Under the pieces are notes generated by a model. It did not search any database, was not told the origin of the DNA, and saw nothing but the letters and a program-made list of their open reading frames with translations. A stretch of DNA of 64,000 bases from Candidatus Marinacidobacterales bacterium (lineage in GTDB: Bacteria; Acidobacteriota; Vicinamibacteria; Marinacidobacterales; DATDRI01). The stretch spans positions 640,001 through 704,000 of the forward strand of contig OZ245365.1 of NCBI GenBank assembly GCA_965226495.1, read 5' to 3'. Below, piece by piece: positions 20,601 through 30,290 of this stretch; position 1 is the stretch's first letter, and every line of letters starts with the position of its first letter. The position numbers and the translations under genes are program-made.

Positions 20601-23600
20601 GATAACGTTCCCTTGACCGGCGGCGGGGGCGTCAACTTCGTAGATCCGTTCACGGTCAACATGGAGGATTTTCACATCCAACCGGTGACGAGCGTTGCGT
20701 GGAATGTAGGCGCGGACTTGAGTGGCGTTTTTACAACCGACATCGACAACGGGACGAGGCCCTCGGGCCCTCAATGGGACATCGGGGCGGACGAAGAGGG
20801 AGCCGCTGCCAGCTCGCTCTCCTTGGCAAACCATCCCTCCGGTCAGACGACGAATAAGTTTAGCGGGGCGTCTCCCGTCACCGACACGCTGTTTCAGTTC
20901 CGGCTGACCCCTTCGGGGACGGTAAATGTAGATACCGTCCGGGTAGGGTTCACCACCCTTACTGGCGTGTTGAATGGGGACGTGACGAACGGCGAGCTCT
21001 GGGAGGATACGAACGGCAACGGAACCTGGGATGACAGTGGGGGAGGGGATACGCTCCTCGAAGGAAGCGTAACGCCGTCCGGTGGTGTGCTGACCTTCAA
21101 CAACAACTTCCCACCGGGCGCCGGTGGGACAAACTATTTCGTCAGGGCGACGGTTTCCAATCTGGTGGCCGGTAATTCAACCGTCTTTTCGTTGGACGCC
21201 GCGGGCATCGACGAGGTGGAAGCGTCGGTGGGTGAGTCCGGATCGATCACGAATGCCCTTCACTCACAGAGCATGAGTCCCTCCATCAACTATCGCTCCA
21301 TTGGTACTAATAGCAGCGTTCTCTACCAGGCAGGTAACGCTTCGGTCTTGGCGGGCTCGAACGCCGTAACCTTCGGCGGTGGCGCCAGCCTTCCGGTTCC
21401 GACGGCAATCGGCGCTGTGGGCCAGGGCGACAAGCTGGTCATCGGAAGCGAGACGTTCTTCATTCTGTCCCGAGACTCGAACACGCAGGTTACGATTCAA
21501 GAGATCGCGGTTTCGAACCACGCGGGCGAAGCCTATACCATCACCCGCGCCTACAACACGCTCCAAGATTGGGAGGACGACTGCGTCGCGGTGCCCGGAT
21601 GTCTGCCTACTTCTAGCGGTGGTCGAGGGGGCGACCTGGTCACGGACGATCGCTACGAGATCGGGGTTGCCTATAACGACGTGGCGAGTGGCCCGTTCAT
21701 CGACGATGACGTGGACGGAAGAGTGGTTCGAATTCTGGGCTCGACGGTGGATGCAACGCGTCATCGGGACCTAACCGTCGCAGCGGGTCAACGGCACAAC
21801 GGAACGGCAGGAACGGGAGCGGTGGTCGACGGCCAAACGACGACGGCTTTTCCCATTCAGGTGAGCGAGAACGACACGCGGGTCGAGTGGTTCGAGGTCA
21901 AGAACGGCTACGATGTAGGGGACGGCGGGAGTTCATCCCTGTATGTAGGCAATGGAGCCGTTAGTGTCACGAATGTCGTGCTGGAGTACATGCTGGTCTA
22001 CGATTACCTCGCCGGAAACTTCAACGCCGGCGCCAGGCCCAACACCAACCTTGGAGGGAACGACAGCTTCACCGTGCGCAACTCCATCTTCTACAACGGA
22101 GACTACGGGGTGCGGAGCGGCAATCAGGCCGGCGATTCGGTGACGGCGGAGAACTGCACGACGTATAACGTGCTCAAGGATGGATACCAGCAGGCCGGCG
22201 GTGGTGTGCTTTCAGTCACCAACTCCATCGCCATGGCGAGCGGCACGGGCTCTGATTTCAGCGCCGGAGTCACCGGAGACTACAATCTGGACGAGGATGG
22301 CACCGCACCGGGGGCTAACTCGGTGCACGGTGCAACGATTGCCAATCAGTTCGTTTCCATCGCGCTCGGGTCAGAAGACTTGCACCTGAAGGTGGGAGCC
22401 GACGCTATCGACGTCGCCGATCCTACTCCCTTGTCGTTTTGTTGTGACATCGATGGAGGGCCGCGCATAGGAAACTGGGACATCGGCGCCGATGAGTTCG
22501 GAGCGGGAGGAGCCGGAGGTTGTGGCCCGGACCTTCAGGTAACGGAAGGGTCGGGCACCTTTACGGTCACCGCTCCGGGAAGCTTCGAGATGCGCTTCAA
22601 TGAGGCCACCGGTGGTGGCATCGACCTCTTCTACGACTTGGCCGAGGATCCCGGTCGCACGATCGATCTCGCTGGCGGTACCAACGAGGTCAAGACGCTC
22701 TTTCACGTCAACATGTTCGATGGCGCCACTTTTTTCACGACGAGTACGAATGATTCTGGCGCCCAGGTGGACGTGCTCGAGGTGACGGCGACACGTGTAA
22801 GAGTCCGTCAAAACACGTTCCTTCAAGACCAAGGCGGCCCCACGATTCTAGGCGGAGTGAAGGGGTTCGGGGACTACAGCATCTATCCTAGCGGGAAGAT
22901 GGCTATAAAGTGGAACCTAACGTCGACGACCGCTGTGGCCTATCAGTCCCAGGGGATGGAACTGGGTGTTCACCATAGTTCGGCAGGCGGCAACCCACTC
23001 AACAATTGGACGGCCCACCGCGAGTTGGGCACTACCTTTGGACCAGGGCTTTCGTTCGGTGACGATGATTTCGTCATGATGAAAAACGACTCCGTCGGCG
23101 TAAGGACCGATTTCCTTAACGTTCTCTACCAAGATTGGACAACCCCGACGCACGTGGAAGACGCCGATTACTCGGATTCCGTGCAAAACGGCGCCTTCGA
23201 GTATGCGTTCGTCAACTGGCGCGCGGTCGGAGCCGCGGGTCTGCCCGCGGATTCCGATCAGATCTGGAACTTTCTGAGTTTCTTCAAGCCGACCAACTTG
23301 GTAGACCGACTCGACGCCGCCGTAACGGGAAGGCGGGACGACTATCGCGGGCCCGACGATTTGGCGACACCGGTTGCTCCTACAGCAGGTAGCGGCTGGT
23401 TTCATCCCAGTGAAAACACGGCCAGCCCATCCGACTTCTTCAATGAGTCCGAAGGCGTCTACACGTTGGACTTCGACATGACGAGCGGGCTCAATTTCGA
23501 TATCGACGGCGGCTTAGGCGCGCCGCCGGTTCGGCATTCGCCCTTCTTCAAGATACGTCAGTGGCGCTCACTTCAAGACCCCGCGACAGTAACGCTCGAG

Positions 23601-24950
23601 GGCGTGACGCTCGCGAACGACGCCGACTACCGCGCCGACGTGAAGCCTCTGTCGCGAGTCTACGCGGGGCAGGATCCGATTTGGTACTCGACGCTTCAGG
23701 AAACGTCCTTCGTATCAACGCCCGATATCGGGAGCAGCGGTACCATCCAAGGAACAATCAGCTACGTACCTGCCCTGTACGGGCAGGGTGCCCGGTTTGA
23801 TGGGGTGAGCGACGTGATCACGTTCGGCAGCACCGGGATGGATGTCACCCGAGGCACCGTGGAGTTTTGGGTCCAGCCAGAGTTCGATCACACCGATGGG
23901 GTGCGACATACCTTCTGGTTCAACTCGGGTTCCGGGGGAGATTTCTTCCTCCTCGAAAAAACGGCGGCGAACAACCTGGAGTTCGGCGTCTTCAATGGTA
24001 CGTCGACTCTGGTGAGAATCCTGTCCACCGACTTTAGCTGGAGAAACGGGGACTGGGTGCACATCCGTGCGATCTGGACAGAGGCCGGCATCGTAGGTGA
24101 ACAACTACGACTCTTCGTCAACGGATCGGAGCTCACGCATACCGACGTGGGTATGTACAACTCCACCGGTATGACCGTCGGGAGCAATTTCATAGGGAAC
24201 ATTCAGGCAGGAACCTCGCCCGCCATAGCCGTAATCGACGAGTTCGTCCTCTATGAGGGGGACCACCAGCCCGCGCTGCGCGCGTACGCCGGTCTCACGA
24301 GTCACCCGAAAGAGTTCATGGCGAGCCCGACGAACAATCTCACCTTCGCATTGTGGCCTGCGGACGCGAACGGGCGCACTGACTACTTTTACTTCGGTTC
24401 GGATAGCCAGTTTCGCGGCCTCAATATCGCGCTGGAAACAGCGGGCGTCGGCACGCCACTCCTCAAATGGGAGTACTGGGATGGCGTAAACGGCGCTTGG
24501 GCCGACCTGGATACCCTAGGCACCTTTGTCGACGAGACTAATTCGTTGACCGAACTACATGGGACCGTTTACTGGGAAGAAGACCCACCGAATTGGATGC
24601 CGTACGCCGTGACGGACGGTCCGGAGCTCTACTACGTCCGGTTGCATGCACTAATCGGCTCGAATTACACGACCATGCCGAAAGAGGCACTGATCAAGAC
24701 GGACATTCTGTTACTCCAGTTGTGCGGAGACATCACGGCGGCGGCACAGACGTTCAACATTCCTGTGCCTTTGGCGACAGCGGTGGAGCTCGTGTCGTTC
24801 GATGCTCACGGCAAAGACGGTGCGGTCGAGCTCGAATGGAAGACAGGTTCGGAGCTCAACAATCTCGGCTTCCATCTGTATAGGTCGACAACCGCAGACG
24901 GTCTTTATGAACGGATCACAGGTAACGTGAACGGATCACAGGTAACGTGA
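17643..24950 (+). CDS. Giant modular secreted protein 3, N-terminal part: signal peptide, delta-60 repeats, inserted domain, two beta-helix modules, Ig-like, X, LamG, Y, start of Ig/FN3-like domain; ends at a frameshift
   Basis: MTNCSSKSRRRGLSTSGLLALTLIWNLFAAATSDA is signal-like; colinear with gene 2; stops at the 20-bp duplication. Confidence 0.8.
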   Translation: MTNCSSKSRRRGLSTSGLLALTLIWNLFAAATSDAQSCAKLTQIGTGVDQAFDMAVQPDGRFILAGHTTGVDEDIALVRYHPDGRLDLSFDADGIRIDNIGVGSNERARAVALQSDGKIVVAGFTDDAGNDDWFVARYDTDGSLDPSFSGGIVTTAITGVQDRAAAIAIQADGKIVVVGFGGIGDEDVVVVRYNTDGSVDPSFSGGIVSTDAGSGDRVNDVKIQADGKIVVGGNTNLAGDKAFLAVRYNGDGSLDTSFDVDGVVTTQISANADNGEALDIYPDGRIVLAGFYFDGLDEDFAVVRYNSNGSLDTSFDTDGIVITDFNGNDDNADDLLLQPDGKILVAGYAHNGIDQDYGVVRYNSDGSLDTSFGSGGKVTTPIGGLDDNSEASALLPDGSFIVAGFSDNGTDFDFSWTRYNPDGSVAMSCGVVNYRSIGTAGNYTDGTGVTATNGSVIVTGAATTWRSSNRGRGDRITINGVPYTVLSVDSETQLTLTAPFNGATGSGKSYTISRKFSTLQGWEDCISFGTVPAANVALSDGWFTGLGAYTVPAGTDRVLVFATSYEDNVSTYPIISDVTFGGVSMTRAVQAQVVSVGTANNSEIWYLKDTDIPAGSNSFVVVYDVSPDEAELHGYALFTKVDQVSPILDFDSATTTSGDVVGPTPAFNVAQGGMAVASAASGKDGNFSDGSWGAGWVEGADQQDGIPAMTMGTANTSSAYGAAGTDTATATYVSGANRQVIVAASLNPAPQSCEGVFSASYIADDRSEVGIAYNDSIVPTDADFTAAVSMVGSVTDAGHDITLTADDGNRHYGLQTQGVLIDNGSSGADTISIDDDFVTVEWLEVFKGGGSSDGVSVQNQSASNQIVIRNMLIHDTGSSGISLLGTTPIVDVYNNFVFQTGSRGIAILGNPTATIRVLNNTVYSNPNQGIEAAFAGVYPNVLLRNNISHTSGLDDFKVAGFNPASSHNLASDMTGTTHSNPPGTGQDNVPLTGGGGVNFVDPFTVNMEDFHIQPVTSVAWNVGADLSGVFTTDIDNGTRPSGPQWDIGADEEGAAASSLSLANHPSGQTTNKFSGASPVTDTLFQFRLTPSGTVNVDTVRVGFTTLTGVLNGDVTNGELWEDTNGNGTWDDSGGGDTLLEGSVTPSGGVLTFNNNFPPGAGGTNYFVRATVSNLVAGNSTVFSLDAAGIDEVEASVGESGSITNALHSQSMSPSINYRSIGTNSSVLYQAGNASVLAGSNAVTFGGGASLPVPTAIGAVGQGDKLVIGSETFFILSRDSNTQVTIQEIAVSNHAGEAYTITRAYNTLQDWEDDCVAVPGCLPTSSGGRGGDLVTDDRYEIGVAYNDVASGPFIDDDVDGRVVRILGSTVDATRHRDLTVAAGQRHNGTAGTGAVVDGQTTTAFPIQVSENDTRVEWFEVKNGYDVGDGGSSSLYVGNGAVSVTNVVLEYMLVYDYLAGNFNAGARPNTNLGGNDSFTVRNSIFYNGDYGVRSGNQAGDSVTAENCTTYNVLKDGYQQAGGGVLSVTNSIAMASGTGSDFSAGVTGDYNLDEDGTAPGANSVHGATIANQFVSIALGSEDLHLKVGADAIDVADPTPLSFCCDIDGGPRIGNWDIGADEFGAGGAGGCGPDLQVTEGSGTFTVTAPGSFEMRFNEATGGGIDLFYDLAEDPGRTIDLAGGTNEVKTLFHVNMFDGATFFTTSTNDSGAQVDVLEVTATRVRVRQNTFLQDQGGPTILGGVKGFGDYSIYPSGKMAIKWNLTSTTAVAYQSQGMELGVHHSSAGGNPLNNWTAHRELGTTFGPGLSFGDDDFVMMKNDSVGVRTDFLNVLYQDWTTPTHVEDADYSDSVQNGAFEYAFVNWRAVGAAGLPADSDQIWNFLSFFKPTNLVDRLDAAVTGRRDDYRGPDDLATPVAPTAGSGWFHPSENTASPSDFFNESEGVYTLDFDMTSGLNFDIDGGLGAPPVRHSPFFKIRQWRSLQDPATVTLEGVTLANDADYRADVKPLSRVYAGQDPIWYSTLQETSFVSTPDIGSSGTIQGTISYVPALYGQGARFDGVSDVITFGSTGMDVTRGTVEFWVQPEFDHTDGVRHTFWFNSGSGGDFFLLEKTAANNLEFGVFNGTSTLVRILSTDFSWRNGDWVHIRAIWTEAGIVGEQLRLFVNGSELTHTDVGMYNSTGMTVGSNFIGNIQAGTSPAIAVIDEFVLYEGDHQPALRAYAGLTSHPKEFMASPTNNLTFALWPADANGRTDYFYFGSDSQFRGLNIALETAGVGTPLLKWEYWDGVNGAWADLDTLGTFVDETNSLTELHGTVYWEEDPPNWMPYAVTDGPELYYVRLHALIGSNYTTMPKEALIKTDILLLQLCGDITAAAQTFNIPVPLATAVELVSFDAHGKDGAVELEWKTGSELNNLGFHLYRSTTADGLYERITGNVNGSQVT
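24911..24950 (+). repeat. 20-bp perfect tandem duplication (ACGGATCACAGGTAACGTGA x2) that frameshifts gene 3
   Basis: Seen directly; removing one copy gives …YERITGNVIPGLGSSPQG…, matching the paralogs. Confidence 0.95.
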
Positions 24951-27781
24951 TCCCGGGGCTCGGCTCGTCGCCGCAGGGTGCTACGTATAGCTACCGTGAT
25001 TCCGGTCTCACCAATGGCCTGACGTACTACTACAAACTGGAGGACATCGAGACTGCCGGCGAGAAAGAATTTCACGGCCCCGTGTCGGCGACCCCGACCG
25101 CGGAAGGTGGCTCCGAGGGTGAAGAGGAAACGAGTGGCGGAGTCTCTTCCGGCGAGGAAGATCTCGGCGAGCTAACTTCGCGCATCACGTACGGAGATCC
25201 GTCGTCGAACGAGCTGAAGGTGCGCCGCCGTGGGAAGAAGTGGATGGAGCTGGAGCTCATCACGCAAGGTTTTTATGCCATTCCTCAGGAGGATGGCTCG
25301 GTGCTGCTCGAGGTCCCAGGCTTCGAGGACTTCGGTGGTTCGGACCTGCCGGACGTGCCGGTCTATCGCACTTGGCAGGATGTCCTGGCCGGCCGCAACG
25401 TGACGCTCGATTCTGTGAGTACCGAAGGAGTGGCGGAGTTCGCAAGCCTTCGGCCGAGCTCTTCAGAGCTGATCGTCGTTGCTTCGGGAGACGGAACGGT
25501 GCAGGCGGGCCGTCGACGTAAGAAACGCCGCAAGCCGCCTCACGTTTACTACCCCGAGTCCTGGGCGCAGTTGATGAGTGTCGGCTTCCAAGGAGCCGCC
25601 AAGAAGGCCATGGTCGAGATGGCCCCACTTCGGTGGGATGCCACGGCCGAGCGTCTGGTCCTCGCGCGTCGCCTGGTGGTGCGTATTTCGTTCAAGGGTA
25701 AAGACAAGGCCGAGCTGAAGCTCGGAAAGAGCCATCGAGAAGTCGGGAGCCACGCCAACCGGAGCGTCTACGCTCGGATCGCGGTGACCGAGCCGGGTCT
25801 GTACGAGGTGAGCTACGAATCGGTATTCGGCCAATTCGGTAAGAAGAGAAAAGCCATCAAGACGAGCTCCTTGAGACTGAGCCGTCAGGGCGAACCGGTG
25901 GCGTTTTTCGTGAGCTCGAACGGTAAGAAGTTCAAGAAGAAGTCGAAGTTGTACTTCCTGAGCGAGGGAGCTTCCTTGAACCCGTACGGTCACGAAGCGG
26001 TCTATGAGCTCGAAGCCAGCCAACAAGGTCTCCAGATGGAACCCCTGAACGGAAGCCCGGTGGGAGCTCCGACCAGTTTCTACTGGAAGACGGTGAAGCG
26101 GGAAGAGAACCTGCTTTATCAAGCTGCATTCGAAGGCGAAGAGGACATCTGGCAATGGGATTGGCTCTTCGGCCCGATGACCAACAGCTACCCGTTCGAA
26201 GTCACCAATCTGTCTCCAGTACCGGAGAGCTCGAAACTTAGAGTCTGGCTGCACGGAGCGAGCGATTTCCCTGAGGATCCGGACCACCACGTCCGGCTCT
26301 ACATCAATGGGATTCTCATTGATGAAACCTGGTGGGATGGCGAGACCCCGCACTTCGTAGAAGCACAGCTTGGCCCAGGTCCTCTCCTCGAGGGTGAGAA
26401 CAGTCTAGAGATAGAGGAAGTAGGGGACACCGAAGCCGAGTACTCGATGGTGATGCTGGATCGTTTCGAGGTGAGCTACCCGGCGCAGCTAGTGGCGGAA
26501 GACGGGGAGCTGAGGGGCAGCTTCAGCGAATCGGGAGTGGCGACCATCACCGGCCCAGCGGCCGAGATATTCGACGTGACGGAGGCGGCACCGAGACGAC
26601 TCACGGGAGTCAGTGTCGGCGACAGTATTACAAGCTTCCGTGCGGAGTCTGGTCGTCGTTATCTATCGACTAGTTCGGTGAAGACTCCGGAAGTGAGACC
26701 CGCACCGTCTGCAGGACTCAAGAAGGCGTGGAGCCGTGCGGAGTACTTGGTGATCGGTCCGAGAGCGTTCCTCGCGGCTGCGGAGCCTCTCCTGGATCAC
26801 CGGAGAAACGAAGGTTTGATAACGGGAGCGATAGCAACGGAAGACATCTTCGACGAGTTCGGGTATGGAGAAGCGACACCGGAATCGATCAAGGACTTCC
26901 TGAGCTATGTGTACCACCACTGGAGTGAGCCGACCCTGCGGTACGTCGTGTTACTAGGAGATGGTACCTACGATTTCAAAGATTACCTAGCGACGGGCGT
27001 TGCGAGCTATGTCCCAGTGAAGATCGTGGAGACTCGCTACATGTGGACGGCGTCGGATCCCTGGTATGGCGCGATCAATGGAGATGACATCCTACCGGAC
27101 GTCGCCATAGGGCGACTTCCAGCTGCATCGGTCGGCGAAGTGCAAGCGTTGGTGCAGAAGATCCTCGACTATGAGTCTGGAGAAGGGGACCCGGGGGCTC
27201 CGATCGTTCTTATAACGGATAACCCGGACGTTGCAGGGAACTTCGACGCGGATGCTGAGGAGATAGCATCAACGTTGCTGACCGAACAAGGCGTCGAGAA
27301 GGTCTACCTGAGTCAGCTTGGACCCGCTGTCGCGCGCGGAGCCATCCTCAATGCTTTCGACGACGGTGCCTCGATCGTGAGTTACTTGGGTCATGGCGCA
27401 ATCCATTTGTGGGCTCAGGAAAACTTGCTCGACATCTGGCAAGTGGGTTCCCTGGCACCACAGTCGCAGCAACCGCTCTTATTCACGATGAACTGCCTGA
27501 ACGGCTACTTCCACTTCCCGTACCACAACTCGCTTTCCGAGGAACTCCTTAAAGCGGAAGGGAAGGGTGTCATCGCCGCGTTCTCGCCGACGGGGCTAAG
27601 TCTGAACAGCCCGGCACATCGATTCCACAAGGCGCTTCTCCAACAGGTCGTGCACAGCGACCATGAGCGACTGGGCGATGCGATACTCTCCGGCCAAACG
27701 GTCTACGCCCACACCGGAGCTTTCCCCGAGCTTCTGAGCATCTACCACCTTCTCGGTGATCCAGCCTTGACGCTCCGATAG
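24947..27781 (+). CDS. Giant protein 3, C-terminal part (gene 3b): rest of Ig/FN3-like domain + C25 propeptide + C25 peptidase
   Basis: Colinear with the C-terminal ~940 aa of genes 1 and 2; YLGHG and MNCLNG intact; no signal peptide of its own. Confidence 0.8.
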   Translation: MIPGLGSSPQGATYSYRDSGLTNGLTYYYKLEDIETAGEKEFHGPVSATPTAEGGSEGEEETSGGVSSGEEDLGELTSRITYGDPSSNELKVRRRGKKWMELELITQGFYAIPQEDGSVLLEVPGFEDFGGSDLPDVPVYRTWQDVLAGRNVTLDSVSTEGVAEFASLRPSSSELIVVASGDGTVQAGRRRKKRRKPPHVYYPESWAQLMSVGFQGAAKKAMVEMAPLRWDATAERLVLARRLVVRISFKGKDKAELKLGKSHREVGSHANRSVYARIAVTEPGLYEVSYESVFGQFGKKRKAIKTSSLRLSRQGEPVAFFVSSNGKKFKKKSKLYFLSEGASLNPYGHEAVYELEASQQGLQMEPLNGSPVGAPTSFYWKTVKREENLLYQAAFEGEEDIWQWDWLFGPMTNSYPFEVTNLSPVPESSKLRVWLHGASDFPEDPDHHVRLYINGILIDETWWDGETPHFVEAQLGPGPLLEGENSLEIEEVGDTEAEYSMVMLDRFEVSYPAQLVAEDGELRGSFSESGVATITGPAAEIFDVTEAAPRRLTGVSVGDSITSFRAESGRRYLSTSSVKTPEVRPAPSAGLKKAWSRAEYLVIGPRAFLAAAEPLLDHRRNEGLITGAIATEDIFDEFGYGEATPESIKDFLSYVYHHWSEPTLRYVVLLGDGTYDFKDYLATGVASYVPVKIVETRYMWTASDPWYGAINGDDILPDVAIGRLPAASVGEVQALVQKILDYESGEGDPGAPIVLITDNPDVAGNFDADAEEIASTLLTEQGVEKVYLSQLGPAVARGAILNAFDDGASIVSYLGHGAIHLWAQENLLDIWQVGSLAPQSQQPLLFTMNCLNGYFHFPYHNSLSEELLKAEGKGVIAAFSPTGLSLNSPAHRFHKALLQQVVHSDHERLGDAILSGQTVYAHTGAFPELLSIYHLLGDPALTLR

Positions 27782-27803
27782 CCGCGGGAAAACCCTCCGG
27801 AAC

Positions 27804-27821
27804 CGTAGGGAACTCCCCTCT
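27804..27821. promoter_or_regulatory. Putative enhancer palindrome CGTAGGGAACTCCCCTCT
   Basis: 97 bp upstream of the sigma54 box; IHF-like TAAACCATTGCAT at 27852. Confidence 0.5.
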
Positions 27822-27900
27822 CCTGGGGGGTCCTCAACCGATATAAACCTCTAAACCATTGCATTTAAAACTATTTCGCCATGGGCCCGGCCGCCCCTCC

Positions 27901-27916
27901 CGGCACGGGTCTTGCT
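27901..27916 (+). promoter_or_regulatory. sigma54 promoter CGGCACGGGTCTTGCT for giant gene 4
   Basis: GG(27902)…GC(27914); close to consensus TGGCACGNNNNTTGCW. Confidence 0.7.
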
Positions 27917-27929
27917 CTTCCATTGCCCG

Positions 27930-30290
27930 ATGGACCCGAGAACTGTGCCCACACGCGCATTCATAAGGAAGCCTCTATGCCAGTGGCGCGACCTTGCGAG
28001 TCGAGCGGCGTCCCTCGCCGTAGTCATTGGGCTTTCTTTGTTTGCGGTGGGGGTAGAAGCTGAGGTCATCTACTACTCTGTAGGGACGGACAACACGTCG
28101 CTTTATTCAGATACGGCTTCGGCCGCGAGCGGAACGCTTACCCTGAATAGCCCGGCTGCGGACCGCATCGGGGTGGGTGACGAGATACGGGAAGGGTTGA
28201 ATCGTTACTACATCACAGGGCGTAACTCAACGACCGTGTTTACGATTCAAAACTCCGCGGCCAACGGTGGAACGCCCGGGGATACCAACATTAGCTTCGC
28301 GTCAACCGCGATTACGATTTTCCGGGCCTTCAACACGCTGTCTGACGCCACCCGGAACTCCGACGATGGCACCCACCTGGGCGGCAACGATCTTGTCACC
28401 AACGACATCCAACTCAACTGGCCTTGCTACAACGACGCTGCGGCGGACCCTTCCGCAAGGGTGCAGGTCCGTGAGTCGGGGTCGGAAACGTGGACCACCG
28501 ACGCCACCCGCTACATCAGGATCTACACGCCCACCACCACGAACGAGGTCGGAGTCTCCCAGAGACACGATGGCCGGGCCGGCACGGGGTATCGGATCGC
28601 TCCCACAGGTCCCGCCGGTGTGAATTTCTTCAACTTCATCTACGTCGGCACGGGAAACGTGCGCATCGAGGGGCTCGAGATCGACGGCTCGGGCCTCACC
28701 AACGCAGGGAACATCCGGGGCATCATGGTCAACGAGGACGTCAACCCCATGGCCGACGTCCGGATCTCCCACAACCTCATTCACGACATCACCAACACCA
28801 CCGACTACGACGGGGCGGGCCAGGCCGACCTCATGGGAATGCGGATCGAGGACGTCGACAACGCCACGGTCTGGAACAACATCGTCTACAACCTGACCAA
28901 CGGCTCCCTCCACGCCAACAGCGACACCTCGGGCATCCAGAGCGCGGGCGCCAACGGGAGGACGCACTACGTATACAACAACACGGTCTACAACCTCGAT
29001 GGTGGCCAGCGGCCGGTGCGGGGGATCTTTGACTTCAACATCACGATCAACGCCAGAAACAACTACGTCGGCCTGATGACGAGCACCACGACCAACGAGT
29101 GTTATAACGGCCCTTTCCTCAACGCCGCGGGCGACAACTACAACGTCTCCTCGGACGGGACCGCGTCCGGCACCGGAAGCCAGACCGGCCAGTCGAATTA
29201 CGCCGCCTATTTTGCCGATGTTACGGGCGGAAGCGAGAATCTACACTTGCAGAGCGACTCCGACACCCTGTGGGGCTCGTTCGGCGCCGATCTCGATAGC
29301 GATCCTGACCTTCCCGTCACCGACGATATTGATGGGGAGGCTCGGGATGCGGTGACCCCCGATATCGGCGCGGACGAGTTCTCCGCGACAGAGCTCCACC
29401 GCTCGGTAGGCATCACCCCGACCGACCTCAATACGAGTGCCCGCACGGTGCAGATCTCGGGTAACACCGCCGTCTTTTCGGGTCCGATGCCGGACAACGT
29501 GGGTGTGGGCGACGTGCTCCAGTACCAAGTGGCCTCCACGTTCTACCTAGCTTTTATCCATGGCCGGAGCTCCAACACGGTCTACACGGTCGGAACATCG
29601 GCGGGTGGCACGGCCCAGGCCGCCGCGGCAGGCACCGCCGTCGGCGTCTACCGCGCCTATACGTCTCTCAATAATTGGGAGATCCAGGACGAGAACAACA
29701 CGTTAGATGATTCCGTCGAAAATTTCGACACGTCGAAGGATCTTCTCGGTGATCGGACCTTGATGCTGGTAGCCTGCTACGGCGACGGTACGGATACCGC
29801 TCCGGTTTCCATGCAGAACTTCAACACGGGTCCGGATAACTACATCCGCATTTACACTCCTGTGGGACCGTCAGAAGTCGGCGCGAGTCAGCGGCATAAC
29901 GGGATGTGGGATCCGAGCGCCTACCACATGATCGTTGGCAACGCCACGGGGATTCTCGTTCAGGACAACTACGTCGATATCGATGGTCTGCAAGTTTACG
30001 TCAACAGCGTCAACGCTCCAGATCAAGCGGCTATCTATTATTTCAATATCACCGGAGCCGGAGAGGGTAGGGTATCCAACAACATTCTCCGAGGCATCAA
30101 CATCGCCATAACCAATCACGCTGGAACCGGGTTTTTCAACGTTGGGACGGTGGACCTCTACGTAAACAACAACGTCATTTATGACTTCCGTGGAGATATG
30201 TGGAATAACGGTATCTTCGCGGACGACGCCGAATCCACTCTCTACGCCTACAACAATACGATTCACAACTGTCAGGAAGGTCTTTCGTGA
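27930..30290 (+). pseudogene. Fourth modular secreted beta-helix protein, apparently 3'-truncated
   Basis: Signal-like LAVVIGLSLFAVGVEA; two RAY/F.TL…YIRIYTP…EVG.SQRH.G + beta-helix modules; the second helix stops mid-coil (YNNTIHNCQEGLS*) without the DIGADE cap. Start ATG 27930 or GTG 27945. Confidence 0.6.

Noticed and set aside
2255-27501. Near-identical repeats as diversity-generating retroelement TR/VR pairs
   Set aside because: Blocks are up to 1.4 kb, lie inside paralogous genes and show no obvious adenine-specific differences; no reverse transcriptase in the window.
30181-30269. ORF-track N-terminus MTSVEICG… of the 1203-aa ORF
   Set aside because: It is an alternative-frame reading of gene 4, upstream of the apparent junction.
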